A stretch of DNA of 64,000 bases, from contig NC_134032.1 in assembly GCF_964204645.1 (NCBI RefSeq), positions 10,032,275-10,096,274 of the forward strand, read 5' to 3'. The notes beneath the pieces are model-generated. The model saw nothing but the letters and a program-made list of their open reading frames with translations. It made no database searches and was not told where the DNA came from. This document shows, piece after piece, positions 51,055 to 61,296 of this stretch. The position numbers and the translations under genes were made by a program. Position 1 is the first letter of the stretch. Each line of letters opens with the position of its first letter. The DNA comes from Tubulanus polymorphus. Its lineage: Eukaryota; Animalia; Nemertea.

Positions 51055-52859
51055 AATCAAGTCCGAAAAGTGTCGTTGAGTTAATAGTTTATCGCACCAA
51101 GCCACTTATAGATGAGAGTGAGCCAAAGTGGTTGAGCGTTATGCAATGCAAGAGATTACCGCTCAGTGGGTCTAGTTTAAGACCAACAGCGACCGCTCTC
51201 CAGATATATGAAATCTACTACCTATGGAATGAAATGAGTAATGAGAGATAATGTAAATATCACAGTGTCCCTCCGTGATTGTATGTTCTTTCTAAAACAA
51301 CCCTATCATTAGCATGCAGTGACGTTGAGGTCGCACGCCATGCGCTTTGTCACATGATGTCAGAAAGCCAGCTACTTTCAGGAATGAACAGTTTTACCAC
51401 AGTATCCATGAACATTTTTGAAGAATTTAGAATAAGGTACTTAGCATATAGGCACAGAAGACATTGTTCTAAGCACTGCAGAAAGAGCCTCTTACTTTCA
51501 CTGATTACTGCAATAGCTCGGCGATGGCTGACACGTGACTATCTTACTTGATGGTATTAAATTGCAGCACGCGCAGACGAAATGGGCTAATCATGCGATG
51601 CACCGCGCTCTCGAAAAGACACCATTTCGCAAAACTCGTTTAAACCGAAACGATTTTTTTTCTTAGCTTCGAAGTAGGCTGTTGTATGTATAATGGCTTT
51701 TACGAGAATACTGTTCACTTAAAAAGATTAGATCCTAAAATCCAAACCGACGTTTAGTTTGATTAGATCTTTTGAAATATAAGGCACCTAGTTTCACAGT
51801 TGCGTAATACAGCTGGGCGAATTTCGGTTTTCGTAGTGTGGTTTGGTCGCAACGCACTTCACGAGTCGGCCATCTTGGAACTAGGTCTGGTCAACAGCGA
51901 CCGCTCTCAATCCCGTGGTCGACTATTTCCGTACTATTGTCCCGACAAACTGACATTATTTGCCATTTCGTTCGCAAATGGTGGACTAACGCCGATGAGC
52001 AAAGTTCGTCCTGACAGGCTGTGAGAGGTTCACCATGAACCCATACGGCTAATAAGTCATTCACTATCGCCAAATCAGCGACGAGAAGTAAGAAATGTTT
52101 CTGATATTGATATTGATATTAGTGTTCTCCTTGACATCGGTTCAACACAAATTGGCATCGTATGAAAAGGTCTGACAGTCGTTGAGGCTCTGTTTTTTCA
52201 ATGATCATTCATTTTCCAAACATTTCTGAGAGCACGAAGACAGCATGAATTTATTGTGTAGAGCATTGGTTGCAGTTTCGTAACAGAAACATACCGATCC
52301 ATTCAGTAGATGGAAAAGCGTTTCCACTTTTGGTAGGGTGGCGCTTCTAAAGAACCATATGAGTCTCAATAGACTGAGGCAAATTAAAGGCATGTATTAT
52401 TTGATGAAGCTCAAAATTTATAGTTTGGATCAAATAGAAAATAGATTCTCGGAAATCTGAGAATTCTTTGAATATCTGACTGTAACCAGTCGGACATATG
52501 CAGCGAATCTATTCACTAACAATAATCGCTTGTCCTTCCCTGGGTGACAGCAGCATCGAATCTTATTGCCAGGAGTTATCGACGGCAGTTCTTAATCAAT
52601 TCCAGATAATTTTCCAGGCAATTTCTTTCCGGAAAGTTTTGTCGTGGAATAAACCCCATAGAGGAAAAAAGGAAATGTACAGGCTATCAGCTCCAATGAA
52701 CGAGTCTGCAACCGTAACCTAGATGATCAAAAATGAAATATTCTTCTCTAAAACTATTGGCTTTTGTATAAATTTAACAACTGAATTCGACATTAAATTA
52801 GTTGAATCAGCAAATACGGATTTATTTTGTAAGAAGTGAATCAAACTTGAAATCAATAG

Positions 52860-53837
52860 TTATTTGACTGAATTTCTACATCGGATTTTCATGCAGAAAT
52901 AATTACGAATTTCTCGTCCCAATAAAAGATATATGTAGAAATTTACGACATAGTTACAAACCTGAAATTGGGTGAAAATGTCGTATAGGAAATTTTTCTG
53001 GTCCGCGGAGATTGGTAAAAATGCGGTAATAGTGGATGGAAGTGTGAATATTGCAAATGCGAGTGAAACTGTCACAAGCATAATTGTTGTACGTTTTGAT
53101 TTCGAAGTTTTCTGATCGGACGAAAGCATTTTTGAACCTCTGAATAACTGAACTATTATAATAGAATTTGACGTTATTATCAAAGTTAACGGTAAAAGGT
53201 AAACGTAAATAACGATAATTGTAAAAAATCTCATTTGTTCAAATAAGTCATAGTAACAACCGAAAAACTGGTCGGAAAAATATATCGAAAAAGTCGGTAG
53301 AACATTTATGACCAATAAATTCACTGCAATGATTACCAATATAGCGAATCTAGCGAATCTCGGTGTACATATCAAACGAGATGTGAACGGGAAGAGCACA
53401 ACTGCCGCACGTTCTAGAGATATAGCTACTACTAACCACGAACTATTGGAGGAAACAAGGTATATTGTAAATTCATAGATTTGACAACTGATCAGTGAAT
53501 CCATCAGGAAGATAGGACCGTCTTTAAGGTGCAAGAGAAAAAACTGTAAAACAGGCATCAGTGTATAATTAATGGAGAACGTGAAATCACTGACAGACAA
53601 AACGATCAGATAGTTAGCGTAAGATAAACCGCGGAATCTGTGACTTATCATTATCAGGAAAGTAGCCGAATTCCCGAAGGCTCCTAACAGGAACACGGCA
53701 GGAAGAATGACCAATGACACAGTACGGTAGATTCCAGACTTATTCACCACTGACATGAGTACGATGTAACTGTTATAAGTTCTGCCAATTTGCATCTGAG
53801 TAAAATTCATTATTAGTGACTGTGTCCGAAAGTCCAC
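52860..53837 (-). CDS. Class A (rhodopsin-like) GPCR, peptide-receptor-like expansion, intronless, copy 1
   Basis: 7 hydrophobic segments; TM1 GN, TM2 LSVSD, TM3 C...SLERA (DRY variant), TM6 FTLP, TM7 NFYIY. Confidence 0.92.
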   Translation of the reverse strand: MDFRTQSLIMNFTQMQIGRTYNSYIVLMSVVNKSGIYRTVSLVILPAVFLLGAFGNSATFLIMISHRFRGLSYANYLIVLSVSDFTFSINYTLMPVLQFFLLHLKDGPIFLMDSLISCQIYEFTIYLVSSNSSWLVVAISLERAAVVLFPFTSRLICTPRFARFAILVIIAVNLLVINVLPTFSIYFSDQFFGCYYDLFEQMRFFTIIVIYVYLLPLTLIITSNSIIIVQLFRGSKMLSSDQKTSKSKRTTIMLVTVSLAFAIFTLPSTITAFLPISADQKNFLYDIFTQFQVCNYVVNFYIYLLLGREIRNYFCMKIRCRNSVK

Positions 53838-54572
53838 TGACTACTGAGAACGTATTTACTGACTGTGTCTTCTCGCGTGCTGGAAAATCAATTTGACTTT
53901 AACATCATAAATAGATAGATCATTTTAGTCTTTGTTACCGGTACTACAATTCATTGTAAGATATATTGTTAACAGCAAATAAGAAATCAATTCTTGCAGA
54001 GTCAGCAATCATACTTTGTGAAAGTTAATTTGTGAAAAATACTTCTGTAACGCGGATATAGACATTGATCGTGCTCATATATCTCATGATAAAACGACTG
54101 GACCGGTGGGAAAATGTTTGCACAAGTTCAATTCGTTCTGAGTGAGGTCATAATATGTGATATTCAACGGCGTTGGGCAACCATCTCATATATCGGAGGT
54201 CCCGAGTTCGATACATTCTAGTTATTTTCGATTTCAATTTAATGATTGAATGAATATTAAGTGAAAATCAGATAACTTTCAATTTGTCATTTCTTTCTCA
54301 TCGAATACTTGTGATCGAATGAGGCATTGAAATGAGTATAAAGTTAAAAACTGAATTTGAAGCAAACATAAATCACCTCTATCGTATTGGTGTGCTTGAA
54401 ATATAGAAAATGTACAAATATAGAATTTAAGAAGATTATTAAGAGACAATTCTAATTGTCCGAAGTAGTGTTTTGGAGTTGTGCAAATTAGCAACACATT
54501 TACTGAGCGTCGCTGTAACCAGTCCACAATCAATACAGATTGAAGTTGTTTGAAGTAAATCGAGCTTAAAAG

Positions 54573-55532
54573 TCAATAGTTACTTGAGACTGAATTTCTA
54601 CAGCGGATTTTCATACAAAAATATTCACGAACTTCTCGTCCCACCAAAAGATATATGTAGAAATTTACCAGATAGTTACACACTTGAAACTGATTGAAAA
54701 TATCGAATAAAATTTCCTGTTGTATTGGTGACATTGGTAACACTGCAATAATAGTGGATGGAATTGTAAATATTGCAAATGCGAGTGAGACTGTAATAAG
54801 CATTCTTGTTGTACGTTTTGATTTCGCAGTTTTCTTATCAGACGAAATCATATTTGAACCTCTGAATAACTGAACTATTATAACAGCATTTGATGTAATA
54901 ATTAAAGCTAATGGTAGAATATAAATGTGGGTGACAATTATGGTAAAAAACGTTATTTGGTCAAATAATTCAAAGTAACACCCGAAAGACTGGTCCGAAA
55001 AATGTATCGTCATAGCAGGTGTGAGGTATACAACTAGTACATTCGATGCTGTAATTACCAATGTTGCAAATCTAGCGAATCTGGGTGTACATATCAAACG
55101 AGACGTGAACGGGAAGAGCACAACTGCCGCACGTTCTAGAGATATTACCACTATTAACCACGAACTATTGCTGGCTGCAAGCGTCATTACAAAATCATAG
55201 ATTTGACAACTGATCAGTGAATCCATCATCCATATAGGACTGTCTTTAACGTACAAGAGAACAAACTGTAAAACAGGCATCAGCGTAAAATTGGTGCAGA
55301 ACGTGAAATCACTGAGAGACAAGACGATCAGATAGTTAGCGTAAGATAAACTGCGGAATTTGCGACCAATCATTATGATGAAAGTAGCCGAATTCCCGAA
55401 GACTCCCAACAGAAACATGATTGGTAGTACAACCAATAACACAGTACGGTATGTCCCGGAGCTGTTGACCACAGACATAAGAACGATGTAACTGCTATGA
55501 GTTCGACCAATCTGCATCTGAGTTGAATTCAT
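54573..55532 (-). CDS. Class A GPCR, copy 2
   Basis: Same motifs; close paralog of copies 1 and 3. Confidence 0.92.
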   Translation of the reverse strand: MNSTQMQIGRTHSSYIVLMSVVNSSGTYRTVLLVVLPIMFLLGVFGNSATFIIMIGRKFRSLSYANYLIVLSLSDFTFCTNFTLMPVLQFVLLYVKDSPIWMMDSLISCQIYDFVMTLAASNSSWLIVVISLERAAVVLFPFTSRLICTPRFARFATLVITASNVLVVYLTPAMTIHFSDQSFGCYFELFDQITFFTIIVTHIYILPLALIITSNAVIIVQLFRGSNMISSDKKTAKSKRTTRMLITVSLAFAIFTIPSTIIAVLPMSPIQQEILFDIFNQFQVCNYLVNFYIYLLVGREVREYFCMKIRCRNSVSSNY

Positions 55533-55949
55533 AATCTATGAGTATCGAATGAGAGTGTACCGACTGTCTTAGAGAGTCAACTGGCTCTCGGAGAATGTAC
55601 TGGAACTGATCGTGTCTGCTAGCGTATTGTAAGGTGAATTTAACTTTAATGTGAATATTGTATCAGCAAATACTTTATTATAGTTGCGAGTCATTTGTAA
55701 TATTTATTGTACGTATCAAATGGAAAATCCATTCTCAGAAATTTCCGACGCAATTTACTCAGATTTGTCATGGTTCATTGTTGTGTAAAATATGAATGAA
55801 ATGAAAATATCATTATTCGGTTTACTAAAGCAAATATCATTATTCGGTGAACGAGAAAGAAGCCATTAGAAATGGTGAAATACAATAAAGTAAAACATCC
55901 GATCGGGTTGGAAAATGCAGGTTGATCGTTAAAGCCAGCAGCATGATGT

Positions 55950-56100
55950 AGTAATTAATGGTAGGGTATAAATGTAGGTGGCAGTTATTGTAGAAAGTGT
56001 TAAAAACGCTTCGACATAGCAGGCGTGAGATATAGAACATAGAGATATGTGCATTCTATAGCAAATCTAGTGAATGTCGGTATACATATCTTACGAAATG
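55950..56100 (-). pseudogene. Decayed fragment of a fourth GPCR paralog
   Basis: Pieces FRKICIPTFTRFAI, VLYLTPAMS and TLSTITATYIYTLPL match SRLICTPRFARFA, VVYLTPAMT and TLFTIIATDVYILPL of the intact copies, with deletions. Confidence 0.7.
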
Positions 56101-56935
56101 GTAGTCCGGTAGACCGATTTGACAGTCCGTGACAAAGCTTGTAACGACAGTGATCTGAAACCCTGAACATTTCAGTTAAATTCAGAATTTGAATTAAATC
56201 TATTCACTTAATTCTAGTATCGTCGACCCGCAACTAACAAATACTTCAATGTGGGGAAAGTTTCATTAATCGGCATATTTCGCGAAGATATGATACAATT
56301 TCACGAAGCTTGGTGCATTATACCCACTTTTATGCACACGTTGCACCATACAGTTCCTCACCAGTTCATGCATAGCGAAGAAACTATATAGCAGAACACC
56401 CATTATCACTGCTCTATCTCTGAGTTACAAATAGACGGGACTTATGATACAGAGGTTTCACGTTCAGACAGACTATTATATTTTTGTCAGAATTAAACAT
56501 TACGTCGAAAAGCTGTTATTGGTCATGTGATAGAACAGATATTTCATGAACGTTCACTGGCTGAAAAGGGGAATAACGAAATCATCATGGCAAAGAAATA
56601 GGGTTTGTGTCCAAACAGCAGAAAACTCTAAACATCTATAAAATATCTATAAAATATCTATATTTTGAATAGTTTTCAAATGATTTCAAATGTTGAACTG
56701 AAATGATTGATTGGGGTAAACAACCTGATCATTGATTCATTTAATCCCGGTTTTTATTGAATCTAATCATAACACAAGATTTAACAACTGAGTTACGAAT
56801 ATAAATTCAATTTGAGCTTTTTGAGCTTAGCGTACAGTTAGACAGTAGTAAACCTTACTGTGGTTCAGATTCGTAATCGGATATTTCCCAAACCACCACC
56901 AGTATATCCCATTATGAACCCGTGATACCATTAGA

Positions 56936-57492
56936 TTAGGAACATATTCCACCTCCACATCTGCCACTGCAACAATCACTACCAATGGCACAAAAAGTCA
57001 TCGCTTCCGTGCACTCATTATATCCTAAAAGCAAAGAAGTTGAAAATGGAATTTCGAAGTGAATCTCTTTTTTAGATTCGAAGAAATAATGATTCCAACG
57101 ACGACGAAGATGATAGATGCCCCTCGTTCATGTCGACCATTCACCAAATATATAGAGGAGTTTAGTGACAGGAAAATAACGTACGCGCAATCGAACCCGG
57201 CTTCCGTGTGTAGAAAGCAGGCGTGCTAACCAGTAAACCAATAGAACTCCGCCAATACATCGATGGTCTACTGGTTAATAGCACACTTGCTTTCTACGTG
57301 CGAAACAAGGGTTCGATCCCCTGTGAGTGCGCATGATCTCACCCACTTTTCTTAATCGTTACATATGTACATCATAATAATATTGCACGTCAATTAGATT
57401 AATCGTTACTCACCATATGATTCTGCAAATGACGCAGCACTGACAACAATCACAATAATAGCACCTACGCGATATTGTAAATAAGCAAGCAT
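56936..57492 (-). CDS. Two-exon secreted single knottin (ICK) peptide, 55 aa: MLAYLQYRVGAIIVIVVSAASFAESYGYNECTEAMTFCAIGSDCCSGRCGGGICS
   Basis: Exon 57492-57414 (aaaATG, hydrophobic signal, donor G|GTGAGT). Exon 57024-56936 (acceptor ttttcaacttctttgcttttag). Phase-1 join in frame. Cys spacing C-6-C-5-CC-3-C-4-C. Confidence 0.85.
57191..57316. repeat. Inverted pair of tRNA-like (A box/B box) sequences in the knottin intron
   Basis: 57191-57240 is the reverse complement of 57264-57316 (TGGTCTACTGG...GGGTTCGA), with a 23-bp spacer. Confidence 0.7.
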
Positions 57493-58143
57493 TTTCGTCG
57501 CCTAGAATTTGAACTGAAATATGTTAGTAATGTGGCACAAATTCTAATTATTCTAATTATTGTATATCTTATAATCAACAGTTTTCAACAGGCTCTCAGT
57601 GGATAAACCTTTTCCCAAAAATGAACCTGGTTCAAAGTAATGCTGCTCCAGAAAAGAGATGATAATAGATATAGTGCATAGTGCATTGCTGTTTTGAAAG
57701 CCATACTTTGAAGCATACAGAGTATTTGACAAAATTAGTCTCACCAGTTCGTAACAGTGAGTATATAGAATAGTATTTGTAATATGCTTACATACATACA
57801 ACAACCATGGATCATAGTCAAAATTTGAAAAGCAAATACTTTCAAATGAGGTATAGAGTTGACTAGGAGAGTAGGCCAACATTGTTGCCACTTTACCCTA
57901 ATCCTCGTTTAGATCCGGCTATCATAACCCTAAACGCTATCAAACGACTATCGAAATTGACAAAATTAGGACTTTCACTACTTTCGACGAGCGTTCGCTG
58001 ATCACTTGAATTGATAAGATGATTAATCTCTTTTACTTCTATGGTCGATCGATTGTGTTATACCACATGTTTAATTGCATATTGTTTGTTTGAAAATCAA
58101 CGTGTTTGATAATAAATGATCAACAGTTGAATATTTCATCACT

Positions 58144-58248
58144 GCCTACCTTAGTTGCTTTTTCCAACGTATTCAACTTTCGAAATGAAAATATCTCGTT
58201 TTCTCCAACCAGAACAGTCGACGAATAGATTGCATGCGATATTTTATA
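58144..58248 (-). promoter_or_regulatory. Candidate TATA box and non-coding first exon of the single-knottin gene
   Basis: TATAAAA on the minus strand at 58248-58242; donor AAG|GTAGGC at 58150/58149; matching acceptor 9 nt upstream of the ATG (57502). Confidence 0.5.
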
Positions 58249-59353
58249 CGTTTCAAATACAATTTGAAATTATGCTAATGATTGCGCAGCTTGATATTGA
58301 TTGAAACTCATATCGATGTTTTGTTTGTTAAAAAGGGCAACGCTGGAAGCAGAAAGACATTTTATCATACTTTTGTCCAAAAACGGGTTTTGTAGAGACT
58401 CCGGCTTCCACCATTTTCTCCACGAAGCAGACGCTTTTCTTTCTGCTATGACGTAGTGCGGCCCTGCGGTACGTTCTATTGCTTTTATTGCTTGTGTTTT
58501 CCCAAAATCCTACAACAGATTTAAAATGCAGCATATTAAGGTGTTGGCTATTATCATGATATGCTTCATTCATTGGGTGGATATATAAAAGCAGATGACA
58601 CATAAGCAGTCCAGCAGAATAATTCTTATCGGGATTTTCAATTGCAATTTCTTTCGATTTAATGTATAAATGTGTATAATCACGTACGTGATGAGTGGGG
58701 ACTGCGTACGCCATCCAATGTTTACATACCACGGTTTGGAGTTTGAATACGGCGGCTCTCATTTGCCGTAAATTCTGCCGATGAAAGGATACAATAATTG
58801 TTGGGTTACTTAGGCATCATCGCTTGCCAGGGGTCTAGTATCGCTCCAGAACTCGCTGCCACCAGCGAAATACTGTCTTTGCTCGCTAAAGTGTTCGTTG
58901 ATTGGTCCAACAATGAATTGTTTTACGACGTGCCAGTTACCATGCCTAAGTTTATATCAAGATTCTAACCGAAATATTCTGGAAATTGGAGATTTAATGT
59001 AAGTTCAATAAAATTCATGACCAGATTTTCTTTTGACTGATGTGATACAACGTCTTGAGTTAAAGCTTTTATCATAACACCAATAATTGAAAATAGAATG
59101 ACTTATCCATTCAAATAATCATCATGTTATAATGAGCTTGTCATTTCTTTCTAATTATTGTGTGCGTTGTACAGAAAACTATACAACTAAGATATAATTT
59201 GGTGATTAAAGAGCGACAATTAAGTAATTATTTGAAGTAATCTCGTTGTTAGGAAAATCAACAAAATGTTATTTGTTGAAAGTAGGTGTTATCAGACCAC
59301 AGAAACTGCGGATTGAAGCTGTATAAAATGTGTAGAACTTGAAAAATCAATGT

Positions 59354-60304
59354 TTATTTGTCCGAATATTTACATCGCATTTTCATACAGAAATATTCAC
59401 GGATTTCTCGCCCCAGTAAAAGATATATGTAGAAATTTATCACATAGTTACAAACTTGAAACTGATTGAATATGTCCAATAGAAATTCCTTCTTTATCGG
59501 TGAGATTGATAACATTGCAATAATAGTGGTAGGAATTGCGGATATTGCAAATGCGAGGGAAACTGTGATAAGCATTATTGTTGTTCGTTTTGATTTCGTA
59601 TTTTTCTGGTCAGATGATATCATTTTTGAGCCTCCAAATAAATGGACTATTATAAGAGAATTTGATGTAATAATTAAAACTAATGGTAGAATATAAACGT
59701 CGGTGGCAATTATTGTAAAAAGTGTTATCTGGTCAAATAATTCGAAGTAACACCCAAAAGACTTGTCGGAAAAGTGTATCGACATAGCAGGTGTGATATA
59801 TACAACTAGTACATTCACTGCAGTGATTATCAGTATGGAAAGTCTAGCGAATCTCGGTGTACATATCAAACGAGATGTGAACGGGAAGAGCACAACTGCT
59901 GCACGCTCTAGAGATATTGCTACTATTAACCACGAACTGTTTGAGGCTGCAAGCGTCATTACAAAATCGTAGATTTGACAACTGATCAATGAATCCACCA
60001 AGAATATTGGATCGGTGTTTAGACGCAAGAGGACAAACTGTAAAACTGGCATCAGCATAAAATTGGTGCAGAACGTGAAATCACTGAGAGACAAAACGAT
60101 CAGATAGTTAGCGTAGGATAAACTGCGGAATCTACGACTAATCATTATAAGGAAAGTAGCTGAATTCCCGAAGATTCCAAATATGAACACGATTGGTAGA
60201 ATAACCAATAACACAGTGCGGTAGGTCCCAGAGCTGTTGACCACAGACATAAGAACGATGTTGCTGCTATGAGTTCGACCAATTCGCATTTGAGTTAGAT
60301 TCAT
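59354..60304 (-). CDS. Class A GPCR, copy 3
   Basis: Same motifs; upstream flank 60305-60655 resembles 55533-55940. Confidence 0.92.
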   Translation of the reverse strand: MNLTQMRIGRTHSSNIVLMSVVNSSGTYRTVLLVILPIVFIFGIFGNSATFLIMISRRFRSLSYANYLIVLSLSDFTFCTNFMLMPVLQFVLLRLNTDPIFLVDSLISCQIYDFVMTLAASNSSWLIVAISLERAAVVLFPFTSRLICTPRFARLSILIITAVNVLVVYITPAMSIHFSDKSFGCYFELFDQITLFTIIATDVYILPLVLIITSNSLIIVHLFGGSKMISSDQKNTKSKRTTIMLITVSLAFAISAIPTTIIAMLSISPIKKEFLLDIFNQFQVCNYVINFYIYLLLGREIREYFCMKMRCKYSDK

Positions 60305-61296
60305 TATATATGAGGATCAAATGAGAGTATAGGCTTACTGATTGTCAGAGTCTGTACAGGAACTGACTGTGGCTTCAAGCGTCTAGGAGAATGAATTCAA
60401 CTTAATTGTGAATATTTCCGTAAACTCTTATTACTGATACAATTTATTTGTATTTGGCATTAAATGAAAAATCATTTCTTAGAAATCTAACGAAATATAA
60501 TCAGATTTGTTAAAGTCAACTATTTTGTAAAACACATATTCAAGTCAATTGAATATCAATACTCGGTGTACGAAAAAGGAATTCATTCAAGTAAATTGTC
60601 TTATGTATTATAGTAAAAGACCTGAACAGGTTGGAAATTGTCGTTAAAGCCATTGGAATCGGAGCTATGTGTAAGTGTCGACACTATGGACAGAACTATG
60701 CATGCCCTGGGTGCAACATGATCAGTGGTTTGGGCATGACTGCTTATTCCGGGTACGTTGTTATTAGGTTGAGGCGGGTCGAGCCTACCTTACTTTGCCT
60801 TGCGCTCGAGCAGTACTTGAGAACAATTTTGCAAACTTAGTCATAATTTTCAGTATTTTCCCTTTTCTTCTACTCAGCATTGTGTTACGGTCTTCTCCGG
60901 TTGAATGTTGACATCATTCAATAAAACTAGTTCCGGCGAGTAACTACACTAAACCTGGACAAATTACAACCGGGTAAATGTGTCTGTAGGTGAATCCCGA
61001 GGTAAGTGATAGGAAAATGCTTTAGGAAGTCAAAGATCCCCGATTACAAGAGTAGCGATGGTGAAGTAGCTGTGTGGTTCCATACTGCATTGGCTGGGAC
61101 CTTCTTCAGACAGCCTTAGCGGCAGCCTAAGGATAGAACGTATATTGATCCAGGCTGTTGACGATTGTCTTGAAGGGCCGTGGTTTCCTGATTATCTAAA
61201 GCTCCGCTTTAAGCCTGGTTCAGACTGTCTGGCAGTCGTCTTTCTCCGAATGGGGCGGTTTCTAGGCTCCAGAACATTACCTGGACGTATCGGCCC

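Noticed and set aside
52020-52720. Possible decayed GPCR (VTVADSFIG..., LICLSLLRLIW...)
   Set aside because: Only weak TM-like pieces with many stops; cannot be supported without a profile search.
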